Virus record (IMG/VR): IMGVR_UViG_3300023174_005338
Span: 1 to 64,000 of that record
Length of the DNA stretch: 64,000 nt
Reading direction: 5' to 3' (one strand)
Shown here: in pieces, positions 1-10,136 of the stretch
Position numbering within the stretch: position 1 is the stretch's first letter
Layout: each line of letters begins with the position of its first letter
Made by a program: the position numbers and the translations under genes
Notes under the pieces: model-generated
What the model saw: the letters and a program-made list of their open reading frames with translations, nothing else
Told to the model about the DNA's origin: nothing
Databases searched by the model: none

Positions 1-38
1 AGGCAACACATAGTAAACTTTAGAAAGGCAACTCAACT

Positions 39-1013
39 ATGGCATCATTAGCAGAAATTCGCGCAAGACTAGCCGCCAGCGAATCCAAACAAGGCGGAAA
101 CTCCACAGGCGGTGACAACTCGATTTATCCACATTGGAACATGGAAGAAGGCCAAAGTGCCACACTCCGTTTCTTGCCTGATGGTAATTCAAAAAACACA
201 TTCTTTTGGCAAGAACGCAGCATGATCCGCTTGCCATTCAATGGCATCAAAGGTGAAGCAGATTCTAAACAAGTCTACGTCCAAGTGCCATGCATGGAGA
301 TGTGGCAAGAGACCTGCCCAGTGCTGACAGAAGTTCGCACCTGGTTCAAGGACAAGAGTCTAGAAGACATGGGTCGCAAGTATTGGAAAAAACGCAGTTA
401 TATTTTCCAAGGTTTTGTTCGCGAGAATCCGCTTGCTGACGACAAGACTCCTGAAAACCCAATCCGCCGTTTCATCATTGGTCCTCAGATCTTTACACTT
501 ATCAAAGGCGCACTCATGGATCCAGAACTGGAAGAATTGCCAACAGACTTGATGCGTGGCCTGGACTTCCGTATCAGCAAGACCAGCAAAGGTGGTTTTG
601 CCGACTACAACAGTAGCAAGTGGGCACGCAAAGAATCGGCCTTGAACGAAGCCGAGCAAGCCGCAGTCGAAAAGCATGGCCTGTTTGATTTGAGCACATT
701 CTTGCCCAAGAAGCCAAGCGAAGCCGAAGTCCGGGTAATCAAAGAAATGTTTGAAGCGTCGGTGGATGGTCAGAGCTATGACACTGAACGTTGGGGTCAG
801 TATTTCCGTCCGGCAGGTGTGACAGCTTCTGCTGGTGCTGTTGCGGCAGATGAAGATACTCCAGCACCTGCAACCAAACCAGCTACAGCCGCAGCAAGTA
901 GTTTTGACGACGAGGATGCTCCAGCGGTAGCAAGTGCTCCGGTGGCCGCCAAGCCAACGACTCAAAAGGCCGAAGATATTTTGGCCATGATTCGTAGCCG
1001 TCAAAAGCAGTAA
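39..1013 (+). CDS. gp32: T4 gp32-like single-stranded DNA-binding protein
   Basis: LRFLPD, C...CP zinc-site remnant, KYWKKRSY, ADYNSSKW, acidic/Ala-rich C-tail; directly upstream of uvsX. Confidence 0.9.
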   Translation: MASLAEIRARLAASESKQGGNSTGGDNSIYPHWNMEEGQSATLRFLPDGNSKNTFFWQERSMIRLPFNGIKGEADSKQVYVQVPCMEMWQETCPVLTEVRTWFKDKSLEDMGRKYWKKRSYIFQGFVRENPLADDKTPENPIRRFIIGPQIFTLIKGALMDPELEELPTDLMRGLDFRISKTSKGGFADYNSSKWARKESALNEAEQAAVEKHGLFDLSTFLPKKPSEAEVRVIKEMFEASVDGQSYDTERWGQYFRPAGVTASAGAVAADEDTPAPATKPATAAASSFDDEDAPAVASAPVAAKPTTQKAEDILAMIRSRQKQ

Positions 1014-1834
1014 TGGAATTAACAGTTGTGCTGGGTGCCTCTAAGGAGGCATCTTTTGACATCCACTTAAATGACAACTCTTTTGTCCGCAAATGGACAA
1101 AAGAGTTACAGTGGTGCACAGAAAATTGTGAATTTAATCAACAAGAAGCATTTTGGTCGTTGTTAACATTAGATGAATCATCTAACATATTAACTAATGC
1201 TTGCTTGACCATTAATCAATATTTAAAAAATTTTATTGAAATTCGTAATGATTTAGCTAATCAACCACAGGAATATTTCAACTATCTACACACAAAATTT
1301 GAAACTTTAAGTGGTGAGTATGGAAAACCCACTCGATTGTTTGCATTGGCAAATACTGAATTAAAAACAGCCATACGAAATCTAAACTTTTTTATACATA
1401 GAGTAGAAACAAAACAAGACCCAGATGCTAACTTATACATAAGTTTTAATAAAGATCAATATAGACGACACCCTTTAGAACAGGACGACTACCAGTATGC
1501 AGAATATACGATACCGCCGGGAACATTATTTTTACATTATGTTGAATTAGGTAAAAATTTGTTTGACCTTTATAAAGATGGGTTAGATTTATCATATCCG
1601 GGATTTAAAAATTTACATTATTTTAGCGGTGAAGCAACACTTACACTGGCAGGCATTAATCAGTTTGATCACAAAGACTATATTAATTGGTTGACTAATC
1701 AGGGATTAGACCCGTATAATAAACACATGGGTCATGTAACAATCCCACTGGGCAATGTAATCGATATAGAAACCGTAAAAGACAAATTAAGTAAGTATAA
1801 ACATATTAACCAAATTTTAATTAAGGAAGACTAG
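1013..1834 (+). CDS. Hypothetical protein, paralog of 12407..13273 (NYLHxxFE / HRxE / YxExGK motifs)
   Basis: 273-aa ORF, visibly AT-richer than neighbours; shares several motif blocks with 12407..13273. Confidence 0.7.
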   Translation: MELTVVLGASKEASFDIHLNDNSFVRKWTKELQWCTENCEFNQQEAFWSLLTLDESSNILTNACLTINQYLKNFIEIRNDLANQPQEYFNYLHTKFETLSGEYGKPTRLFALANTELKTAIRNLNFFIHRVETKQDPDANLYISFNKDQYRRHPLEQDDYQYAEYTIPPGTLFLHYVELGKNLFDLYKDGLDLSYPGFKNLHYFSGEATLTLAGINQFDHKDYINWLTNQGLDPYNKHMGHVTIPLGNVIDIETVKDKLSKYKHINQILIKED

Positions 1835-1835
1835 C

Positions 1836-2894
1836 ATGGCAAAACCATTCGACGTAAGCAAGTTCCGCAAGGAAATCACCAAGAGTATTGATGGATTGTC
1901 CATCGGTTTCAACGATCCTACTGACTGGATCAGCACAGGCAACTTTGCACTAAACTATTTGATCTCAGGAGACTTCAACAAAGGTATTCCGCTGGGCAAG
2001 GTCACTGTGTTTGCCGGCGAGTCTGGTGCAGGCAAATCATACATCTGCTCAGGCAACATTGCCAGAAATGCACAAGAGCAAGGCATCTTTGTTGTGTTGA
2101 TTGACAGTGAAAACGCCCTAGACGAAGACTGGCTCAAAGCACTGGGTGTAGACACATCGGAAAGCAAACTGTTAAAATTAAGCATGGCCATGATCGACGA
2201 TGTGGCCAAAACCATCAGCACATTCATGGCCGACTATAAAGCCTTGCCTGATGGCGAGCGACCCAAGGTCATGTTTATCATTGACAGCTTGGGCATGTTG
2301 TTGACCCCTACTGATGTAAATCAGTTTGATGCCGGTGAAATGAAAGGTGACCTGGGTCGTAAACCCAAAGCTCTCACAGCACTTGTCCGTAACTGTGTCA
2401 ACATGTTTGGTAGTTACAATGTGGGCCTGGTATGTACCAATCATACCTATGCGTCACAGGACATGTTTGATCCCGATGACAAGATTTCAGGCGGCCAAGG
2501 CTTTATCTATGCAAGTTCTATTGTAGTTGCCATGAAGAAGATGAAACTCAAAGAAGACGAAGACGGCAACAAGATTTCGGAAGTCATGGGCATCCGTGCT
2601 GGCTGTAAGGTAATGAAAACACGCTATGCCAAACCTTTTGAAGGTGTGCAAGTCAAGATTCCTTATGAAACAGGTATGAATCCCTACAGCGGTCTGACAG
2701 ATCTGGCCGAAAAGAAAGGACTACTCAAGAAAGATGGTAATCGACTCATGTTTGTGACCAGCGATGGCGAGATCATCAAACAGTTCCGCAAGGCCTGGGA
2801 AAGCAACGAAGATGGTTGCTTGGACAAGGTCATGGCCGATTTTGCAAATCAGAAGGAAACGGTAAGTACTGAAGACACAATCACGGAGGAATAA
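1836..2894 (+). CDS. uvsX: UvsX/RecA-like recombinase
   Basis: ISTGNFALN, Walker A GESGAGKS, IDSE, Walker B IIDSLG, NHTY, SGGQG. Confidence 0.95.
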   Translation: MAKPFDVSKFRKEITKSIDGLSIGFNDPTDWISTGNFALNYLISGDFNKGIPLGKVTVFAGESGAGKSYICSGNIARNAQEQGIFVVLIDSENALDEDWLKALGVDTSESKLLKLSMAMIDDVAKTISTFMADYKALPDGERPKVMFIIDSLGMLLTPTDVNQFDAGEMKGDLGRKPKALTALVRNCVNMFGSYNVGLVCTNHTYASQDMFDPDDKISGGQGFIYASSIVVAMKKMKLKEDEDGNKISEVMGIRAGCKVMKTRYAKPFEGVQVKIPYETGMNPYSGLTDLAEKKGLLKKDGNRLMFVTSDGEIIKQFRKAWESNEDGCLDKVMADFANQKETVSTEDTITEE

Positions 2895-2897
2895 CGG

Positions 2898-3149
2898 ATG
2901 TCAGTGGAATTAAGCAAAGAAATTTGGGACGAACTCAAACGCTACGTAAACACAGTGGATCGTGACGAAGCGGCAGAAACCTTGGTCAGTGTGTTGATCG
3001 ACAACGACGCAGATGCCGATGAAATTAAAACAGCATTTAAAAGCGATACGGAAGTAAAACGTGCCTTGGCACACTATCTCAAAGATCATGAAGAAGAGGA
3101 AGAAGATTTCCAAGATGACGACGATGGTGATGATGACGAGGATTATTAA
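2898..3149 (+). CDS. Small acidic hypothetical protein
   Basis: 83 aa, GGAGG SD, D/E-rich tail, translationally coupled to uvsY. Confidence 0.7.
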   Translation: MSVELSKEIWDELKRYVNTVDRDEAAETLVSVLIDNDADADEIKTAFKSDTEVKRALAHYLKDHEEEEEDFQDDDDGDDDEDY

Positions 3150-3601
3150 TGTGGTATAGCAAGGTTGTAGCCAATCTTGGTGCTATTCCAGATTTTATAG
3201 CATATTACGAAACTGAGCTAGAATCAGCCAAGTTTGAATGCCGCATTGGTGGACTGGTGGAAAAAAATATCACGGCCTTGCCGGGCATCACCGAACACAG
3301 ATTCAATCAACTTCAAGAAATAGAAGCAGTGTTAAACTATCTCAACATACAACTGCGTAAGATCCGTCGCCGACACTTCCAAAAATATCTAGAAGGTTAT
3401 GCTCGTGCTTTGACCAGCAGAGATGCTGAAAAATATGTAGATGGCGAGGACGAAGTGATCGACTTCGAAACTATCATAAACGAAGTGGCCTTGTTGCGCA
3501 ATCGCTGGTTGGGCATTATGAAAGGGCTAGACACCAAACAGTGGCAAATGGGGCATGTGGTTAGGCTACGCACCGCCGGCATGGAAGACATACAAGTATG
3601 A
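3149..3601 (+). CDS. uvsY: UvsY recombination mediator
   Basis: Helical 150 aa with KYVDGEDE and KGLDTKQWQM; sits next to uvsX. Confidence 0.8.
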   Translation: MWYSKVVANLGAIPDFIAYYETELESAKFECRIGGLVEKNITALPGITEHRFNQLQEIEAVLNYLNIQLRKIRRRHFQKYLEGYARALTSRDAEKYVDGEDEVIDFETIINEVALLRNRWLGIMKGLDTKQWQMGHVVRLRTAGMEDIQV

Positions 3602-4353
3602 AATTTGTACATCCTGGCGATAGCCATGCACATAGTCTACAAACTCTGAACCAACTATATGAGTATGATGATTTCATGGCCAGCATTCGCAGCATGGTAG
3701 ATCTTGGTTGCGGATCGGGTGAGGACTTGATCTGGTGGGCCACTAGAACTACTCGAGATGACAAGCCTGAGCCCTTACACATCAGATGCACAGGCATAGA
3801 TCTGCAACCAAAAATACAGTTAGGTGCGCAATATCCAAACATTGCGATTACACCTGGCGATTTCGAACAACCCATAACACCTCACCCAGGCGGATTTGAT
3901 GTGCTATGGTGTCACGACGCATTTCAATATGCTTTGAATCCTGTACAAACTCTCAGCAATTGGTGGCACATTGCCAGTCCGGGCGCCATGCTGGCACTTG
4001 CCGTACCAATCTCACAACGCATACATCATCGACAACTGGCTTATGAATTGCCCAGTGGTTGCTATTATCATCATACCATGGTCAGCCTGATGTACATGCT
4101 GGCCACCGCAGGTTGGGACTGCGGCTCAGGTTTTTTCAAACAAACTGTTGGTGAACCCTGGATACATGCCGTGGTCTATCGTAGCCAACATCCACCCATT
4201 GATCCTCGCCAGGCTACTTGGCACCACTTGGTTGAACTGAATCTTTTACCAGAATCTGCGGCTGCAAGCATATATGCCCACAGTGCCTTGCGCCAGCAGG
4301 ATTTGATTGTGCCTTGGATTGATCATAGTCTGGCCAGCATGGCCACTTTGTAA
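3598..4353 (+). CDS. Class I SAM-dependent methyltransferase
   Basis: VDLGCGSG motif I, GID, FDVLWCHD, PGAML. Confidence 0.85.
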   Translation: MKFVHPGDSHAHSLQTLNQLYEYDDFMASIRSMVDLGCGSGEDLIWWATRTTRDDKPEPLHIRCTGIDLQPKIQLGAQYPNIAITPGDFEQPITPHPGGFDVLWCHDAFQYALNPVQTLSNWWHIASPGAMLALAVPISQRIHHRQLAYELPSGCYYHHTMVSLMYMLATAGWDCGSGFFKQTVGEPWIHAVVYRSQHPPIDPRQATWHHLVELNLLPESAAASIYAHSALRQQDLIVPWIDHSLASMATL

Positions 4354-4390
4354 ATTAGATCAGACAATTTATGGGCCTATAAATATCCAC

Positions 4391-5149
4391 ATGAATACTA
4401 TTGTGGTTGTATCAGGTGGGTTTGATCCCATACACTCTGGACACATAAAACTAATCAAAGAAGCACGAACTCTAGGCGATTATCTAATTGTGGGCATCAA
4501 CAGTGACGAATGGTTGGCCCGCAAAAAAGGCCGTGCATTCATGCCCTGGCAAGAGCGCCTGTGTGTGCTAAACAACCTGTCCATGGTAGACGAGGTTTAC
4601 ACCTTTGACGACGACGACGGCACTGCTTGTCATCTTTTACAACAGGTCCGCGCACACTATCCTGATGCACGCATTGTATTTGCCAACGGTGGTGATCGTA
4701 CTGCAAAAAATATTCCAGAAATGACAGTGCCTGACATAGAATTTGTGTTTGGCGTGGGCGGGTCGGACAAGTCCAATTCCAGTTCGTGGATACTTGAAGA
4801 GTGGCGAGCACCTAGAACACATCGTGTCTGGGGGTCCTACCGTGTGTTGTATGAAGCAGGCGCCGGAGTCAAGGTCAAAGAACTCACGGTAGAGCCTGGC
4901 CAACGACTCAGCATGCAACGCCATAAGTCGCGTGCTGAGCATTGGTTTGTGACCGAAGGTCAGGCCACAGTTTACACTATCAACAGGAAAAGCGACGCTG
5001 AACTCATGGGAGAATTTACCAAACATCAACACATACACATTGATCGTGAAGAATGGCATCAACTGTGCAACGAAACTGATCAACCTCTGCGGGTGGTAGA
5101 GATACAATATGGCGTGAATTGTGTAGAAGAAGACATAGAACGACTATGA
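4391..5149 (+). CDS. Cytidylyltransferase-like (HIGH) domain fused to a cupin (type II mannose-6-phosphate isomerase-like) domain
   Basis: SGGFDPIHSGH, GINSD, FANGGDR; C-terminal WGSY, LSMQRH..RAEHW, EIQYG..EEDIER. Start placed at ATG 4391 after TAAATA. Confidence 0.85.
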   Translation: MNTIVVVSGGFDPIHSGHIKLIKEARTLGDYLIVGINSDEWLARKKGRAFMPWQERLCVLNNLSMVDEVYTFDDDDGTACHLLQQVRAHYPDARIVFANGGDRTAKNIPEMTVPDIEFVFGVGGSDKSNSSSWILEEWRAPRTHRVWGSYRVLYEAGAGVKVKELTVEPGQRLSMQRHKSRAEHWFVTEGQATVYTINRKSDAELMGEFTKHQHIHIDREEWHQLCNETDQPLRVVEIQYGVNCVEEDIERL

Positions 5150-5829
5150 CACCAATTCCAATTTTTATCGGCTACGATCCCAGAGAAGCCATAGCATATC
5201 ATGTGTGCGTAAACAGCATCATCCGACATGCCACACAACCAGTGGCCATTGTGCCCGTGGCACTAAATCTGTTCCAAGACTACGAAGAAACACACGGCGA
5301 CAACAGCAATCATTTTGTGTACACCAGATTCCTAGTTCCACATCTCATGGGTTATCAAGGATGGGCCATATTCATCGATGGTGACATGGTGCTTAGAGAT
5401 GACATTGTCAAACTATGGAGCCTGCGTGAATATGACAAAGACGTCATGGTAGTCAAGCACGATTATAAAACAAGGATGGCAGAGAAATACATGGGCGCCA
5501 AAAACGAAGATTATCCCAGAAAGAATTGGTCCAGTGTGATCTTATGGAACTGCTCTAGTTGGCCCAACAGAAAACTCACACCGGACTTCGTTCAAAGTCA
5601 ACCCGGCAGTTACCTACACAGATTTTCGTGGTTGGATGACGCTCGCATTGGCGAACTGCCCATGGAATGGAATTGGTTGCCAGACGAACTTGGAGCCAAC
5701 GCTGATGCAAAACTTTTACATTACACCTTGGGCACACCTTGCTTCACTGAGTTTGCTGATACACCACAAGGCGAAGAGTGGCACAGAGAACGCATACTCA
5801 CCGAATACTGCCAACAAAGGATCTTATGA
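5146..5829 (+). CDS. GT-A fold glycosyltransferase (GT8-like)
   Basis: IFIGYDPRE, FVYTRFLVP, DGD (DxD), RKNWSSV, WNWL, LHYTLGTP. Confidence 0.85.
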   Translation: MTPIPIFIGYDPREAIAYHVCVNSIIRHATQPVAIVPVALNLFQDYEETHGDNSNHFVYTRFLVPHLMGYQGWAIFIDGDMVLRDDIVKLWSLREYDKDVMVVKHDYKTRMAEKYMGAKNEDYPRKNWSSVILWNCSSWPNRKLTPDFVQSQPGSYLHRFSWLDDARIGELPMEWNWLPDELGANADAKLLHYTLGTPCFTEFADTPQGEEWHRERILTEYCQQRIL

Positions 5830-6878
5830 CCTTGCCCATAGCCGTGGTCGAACGATGGCCCATGGAAGAATACAAGGTGCTGTACCCAGATCAGTGCATT
5901 GCGCTCAAGCACAGCGTGGCAGACACCTTGAAATTATACAATGAACTCCAACTGTTGCGACAGTTATTCCGGTTCGAAGATGACAAAGAGAGCAAACGTC
6001 TAGATAAAAATCTTGAACTGCTGATCAGAGAAAAAGAAGAACGGTATTTTAGACTGACCAAGTTTAGTGACTATCCAGCCATGACCATGGCTGCTTTCCC
6101 ACAAAGCAGTTTCATGACCAGTCACGATTATAAACGTGCCAAAGATGCAATCACAGATCCGATCTTGGTGCGTGGTATCAGCGCAGGCGCATACATCAAA
6201 CATGCTGAACAAAATGGCCGCGATTACTACTTTATGGAAACTGGTTATTTAGGTAACTATCGCAGCGAAAACAACAGAACTGGTAGAAAAATATATCACA
6301 GGATTGAAAAAAATGCCATGCAACAGCGTAGGTTTTTGGATGTGCCCGATGATCGGTGGCAAGCACTCTGCAGATACAATCCCGCACTGAGCTATCAAGG
6401 CTGGCGCAAAGATCCTGGATCAAAAATCCTGTTGATCATGAGCACAGAAAAACCTTTTCAGTTCTATGGTGCAGATAGAGACACTTGGATCAAAAACACC
6501 ATTGATACTATAAAACAACACACAGATCGACCCATAGTAATCAAGGACAAGCCCGGACGTGCTGAAAGAAACACCACAGACAACATATATGATATTCTGG
6601 AACAAGACATATGGGCCGTGGTCACTTACAACAGCATAGCAGCCGTAGAAGCCGTGCAGGTTGGTATTCCCAGCTTCAGTCTGGCTCCCACTGCAGCCAG
6701 TCTTGTCACCACCGACGATCTCAGTCTTATTGCTTGCCCGCCTCGAACCGATGAACAGGTGATCTACAAATGGTTGTGCAGTTTGGCCTATGGTCAATTC
6801 AGCATAGACGAAATCATAACCGGCCAAGCCTGGAATCTGGTACAAGAAAATGAGCACCGAACGACCTTTGATTATTAA
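5826..6878 (+). CDS. Capsular polysaccharide KpsS/KpsC-like GT-B protein
   Basis: ETGY, RPIVIKDKP, VVTYNSIAAVEAVQVGIP, W..LAYGQFS..EI..G.AW; paralog of 6850 and 9285. Confidence 0.65.
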   Translation: MTLPIAVVERWPMEEYKVLYPDQCIALKHSVADTLKLYNELQLLRQLFRFEDDKESKRLDKNLELLIREKEERYFRLTKFSDYPAMTMAAFPQSSFMTSHDYKRAKDAITDPILVRGISAGAYIKHAEQNGRDYYFMETGYLGNYRSENNRTGRKIYHRIEKNAMQQRRFLDVPDDRWQALCRYNPALSYQGWRKDPGSKILLIMSTEKPFQFYGADRDTWIKNTIDTIKQHTDRPIVIKDKPGRAERNTTDNIYDILEQDIWAVVTYNSIAAVEAVQVGIPSFSLAPTAASLVTTDDLSLIACPPRTDEQVIYKWLCSLAYGQFSIDEIITGQAWNLVQENEHRTTFDY

Positions 6879-7800
6879 AAGCTATCTCGGCAGTCTACCC
6901 AGACACATCAATGGCACCGAAAAGATCAACGCATTGACTTATTTTGCCGAAGGTGCTGCCAGGTGTGGAGATCAAGCCCAGGTAACACACAGCCAGACCT
7001 ACGAGGACTGTGATGTTGGTGCCATAATCGGCAATGCGTTTGATTCTAATCCCAGCAAAACCAAAATGGCACACTATCAGGTGCGCAAAATGGTTATGGA
7101 GACGCAACAACAACTGGGAAGATATTGGCTTAGTATCGATAGTAATGTGTTTATCTACAAAGATCCTGCAAATCCACAACGTTATCTGCGCTACAGCTTC
7201 AACGGTGTATTTCCTAAAACAGGAATATATTGCAATGAAACTCCTGGAGAGGAAAATTGGAACAACATCCGGCGGCATTACAACATGGATTTAAAACCTT
7301 GGCGGACCACAGGCAATCATATTCTTATCACATTACAACGTCCGTTGGGCTGGAGCATGCGTGGATTTGATTTGATGGCCTGGTTGCAGAACACAGTCAC
7401 ACAAATCAAACAACACAGTGATAGACCTATCTTGATAAGATGGCATCCTGGTGATTGGAAGGCTTATCCACGCTATGTGGAATTGTTGAAAAAACACAAT
7501 GTTACCATCAGTCCACAAGGACGACACATCATCCAAGACTTGGTCAACTGCTGGGCACTGGTATGTCATAACAGCACCCCCAGTGCTGTGGCACCCATAG
7601 AAGGTATTCCCAGTTTTATTACCGATGATCCAGGCTACAGCCAAGCAGGATCCATAGCCAACACTGATCTTAGTCAAATTGAAACACCGGTTATGCCTGA
7701 TCGTGAACACTGGATTAGACAACTAGCTCAATGCCATTGGAATTTTGAAGATCTCAGATCTGGTCGTTGTTGGGCACACATGAGACAATGGGTCAGATAG
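6850..7800 (+). CDS. Capsular polysaccharide KpsS-like GT-B protein
   Basis: RPILIRWHP, LVCHNSTPSAVAPIEGIP, REHWIRQLAQCHW..EDLRSG. Confidence 0.65.
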   Translation: MSTERPLIIKSYLGSLPRHINGTEKINALTYFAEGAARCGDQAQVTHSQTYEDCDVGAIIGNAFDSNPSKTKMAHYQVRKMVMETQQQLGRYWLSIDSNVFIYKDPANPQRYLRYSFNGVFPKTGIYCNETPGEENWNNIRRHYNMDLKPWRTTGNHILITLQRPLGWSMRGFDLMAWLQNTVTQIKQHSDRPILIRWHPGDWKAYPRYVELLKKHNVTISPQGRHIIQDLVNCWALVCHNSTPSAVAPIEGIPSFITDDPGYSQAGSIANTDLSQIETPVMPDREHWIRQLAQCHWNFEDLRSGRCWAHMRQWVR

Positions 7801-8483
7801 TGTTAGTGACAGTGTTATTGCCCACTCGTTGCCGTACATCATTGATCACACGCACAGTTGAATCATTGCTGAGTCTGGCCGATGATCCTGCACAGATTGA
7901 AATAGCAGTGGCCTACGATGAAGATGACGCCGAGAGCCATGATTTTTTTTCTTCTCCGGCCTGGGTCGACCTGGTCAGCAAATATGGCACCGCAACACAG
8001 GTGCACAAAACTCCAATCTGGGGATATGTTGAACTGCATAGATATTACAATTTACTGGCTCAACATGCTCGTGGCCAATGGCTGTTGATTTGGAACGATG
8101 ATGCCTTGATGAAATCCACTGGATGGGACAGTATGATCAAACGCGAGCAGGATCACATGGGCATGTTGCACATGATCACTGAAAACTATCGACCAAAATT
8201 CGCACTGTTTCCTTTGATTCCGCGAAAGTGGATTGACATTTTTGGATCGGTGAGTTTGTCAAACTCCAACGATTCTTGGATACATCACATCTGTCTGGAA
8301 GCCAATGCAATCAAACTGATTGATGCTGTGGTATTCCATGATCGCGCAGACCTCACAGGCAACAATCTGGATCAAACCTATCTAAATAGAACCAATCAAA
8401 AGAAACTTTACAAATCAGAAGCCATGCGTCGTCTCAGACACGAATGGGCACAACGACTCATTGAGTATCGCAAACGCCTATAG
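7788..8483 (+). CDS. GT2-family glycosyltransferase
   Basis: VLLPTRCR, VAYDEDD, YNLLA..ARG, WNDD; start uncertain (7767/7788/7801). Confidence 0.75.
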   Translation: MGQIVLVTVLLPTRCRTSLITRTVESLLSLADDPAQIEIAVAYDEDDAESHDFFSSPAWVDLVSKYGTATQVHKTPIWGYVELHRYYNLLAQHARGQWLLIWNDDALMKSTGWDSMIKREQDHMGMLHMITENYRPKFALFPLIPRKWIDIFGSVSLSNSNDSWIHHICLEANAIKLIDAVVFHDRADLTGNNLDQTYLNRTNQKKLYKSEAMRRLRHEWAQRLIEYRKRL

Positions 8484-9266
8484 ATATTTTTGTTGTTCTT
8501 GTTTGAATATAGCTAATTCTTTGCGTTTGCCTTTGGCCGACCATATTGCACTTTCGGGACGCATGGCCCAGTCAATGTAGCTCATGGGCAAGATTCCTTT
8601 GCGGTATTTGGGTACCAATTGATCTAAAACTACCTGATCCAGGAACCAGTAGATATCATTGCGTTCAATGTTTTCTCGCATGGCCTGGCCATAGGCCTGT
8701 AAAAAATCATGTGATCCTGTTTGTCCGTTAAACAAGATAGCCCCGGCTAGATGTGTGCCATCTTTGGGTTTTTCGTACAGGTAAAAATCACACTGTCCAA
8801 GATCAATGTTGAAAGTTGCACGAACCAGTCCATCTACATCAATTTCTAAACAGCGTTGTCCAGGTTGTAGAATTTCTGCCAATCTCACGAATCGCATGCA
8901 AGCAAAATAGGTTTGCCGGATCAATTTTATCAATTCGTCACGGCCGCCTACATGTCCCCTTTTCCACATTTGACGTTGACGATCATTGGCAAACTGTGTG
9001 CGATTTTGCCACTCAGTGGCGCAGTTTTCAAATTCCAAAGGATCAGTGATTTCCCAGGTGACACTGACTTGAGCATGTTGCTGACAATAAGCCAATTGTT
9101 CCTCGGTAGGATCATAGATGTGTATGTGAATGCCCAAGTTTGGGGTGTTTGCAAGTACGCTACGAATCAAAGCACGACCGTGGATGTCAAAATACACACG
9201 ATCTGCGGCTGCGTACACAAAAAATCCAGATTGATTGATAGTTCCTTGAATGGGAGATAGGTTCAT
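8478..9266 (-). CDS. GT-A fold glycosyltransferase-like protein
   Basis: YAAAD, RFVRL, DVD (DxD), LAG, WFLDQ, WSAKG; start set at ATG 9266 after the palindromic TAAATA. Confidence 0.7.
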   Translation of the reverse strand: MNLSPIQGTINQSGFFVYAAADRVYFDIHGRALIRSVLANTPNLGIHIHIYDPTEEQLAYCQQHAQVSVTWEITDPLEFENCATEWQNRTQFANDRQRQMWKRGHVGGRDELIKLIRQTYFACMRFVRLAEILQPGQRCLEIDVDGLVRATFNIDLGQCDFYLYEKPKDGTHLAGAILFNGQTGSHDFLQAYGQAMRENIERNDIYWFLDQVVLDQLVPKYRKGILPMSYIDWAMRPESAIWSAKGKRKELAIFKQEQQKYL

Positions 9267-9282
9267 GGTTAAATATTTAACC
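9267..9282. promoter_or_regulatory. Palindromic bidirectional late promoter GGTTAAATATTTAACC
   Basis: Perfect 16-bp palindrome with TAAATA on both strands, between divergent ATGs at 9266 and 9285. Confidence 0.7.
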
Positions 9283-9284
9283 TT

Positions 9285-10136
9285 ATGCGTGTGGCCTACT
9301 TTCCAAATCAGTGTGCTCAAAACAGCGGTCCTGTCGTGAAGGCCCTGCTGACCAGTTTGTACAACGCTGGGCACAAAGTTGTAGAAAATGATTTCGATGC
9401 TGATGCAGCCATCATATGGAGTGTGCTATGGTCCGGGCGCATGGCCGCCAATCAGGCAGTGTGGAGCCATTATAAAACACATAACAAACCATTGATTGTG
9501 GTTGATGTTGGGGCTCTTTATCGTGGCGAAACTTGGAAGATAGCCTTGAACTCAGTCACTTCCAATGGGTATTACGGGCACACAGAAAATCTAGATTGGG
9601 ACCGTCCAAGAAAATTGGGCATCAGTTTGGCCCTCAATTTCTCTAGAAATCCACGAATCGTGATAGCCGCACAACATGCCCGCAGTCTACAGACAGTGGG
9701 GTTGACCAGCATGGAAGGTTGGGTGATACAGCAGGTAGAACAGTTGCGCAAGGTCACAGACCGTCCTATCGTGGTACGCCCACATCCACGTAGTCCTTTG
9801 AACCGGTCCGGACTTGTGCATTTGCCCGCGGACGTGGTCATAGAACAACCAGCCCGAGTGGCCAATACCTATGACAGCTATAACTTGGCTTTTGAGTGTC
9901 ATGCCATGGTCAACCACAACTCGGGTCCGGGCATACAGGCGGCCTTGGCAGGAACCAGACCCATAGTAGATCGATCCAGCCTGGCCTATCCTGTGAGTAT
10001 AAAATTAGAAGACATTGAACAACCTTACACCGTGGACAGAGATCAGTGGCTGGTAGAAATTTGTCATACCGAATACACCGTGAATGAAATAAGTCGCGGC
10101 GTTTGGCTACAACGACTGGAATCACGTCTTGGATAA
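9285..10136 (+). CDS. Capsular polysaccharide KpsS-like GT-B protein
   Basis: RPIVVRPHP, MVNHNSGPGIQAALAG, RDQWLVEICHTEY..EISRG. Confidence 0.65.
   Translation: MRVAYFPNQCAQNSGPVVKALLTSLYNAGHKVVENDFDADAAIIWSVLWSGRMAANQAVWSHYKTHNKPLIVVDVGALYRGETWKIALNSVTSNGYYGHTENLDWDRPRKLGISLALNFSRNPRIVIAAQHARSLQTVGLTSMEGWVIQQVEQLRKVTDRPIVVRPHPRSPLNRSGLVHLPADVVIEQPARVANTYDSYNLAFECHAMVNHNSGPGIQAALAGTRPIVDRSSLAYPVSIKLEDIEQPYTVDRDQWLVEICHTEYTVNEISRGVWLQRLESRLG

Noticed and set aside
360-1004. Long minus-strand ORFs opposite core genes (also 25864..26337, 33944..34459, 48927..49418 and others)
   Set aside because: Antisense shadows of well-supported genes; no motifs or expression signals
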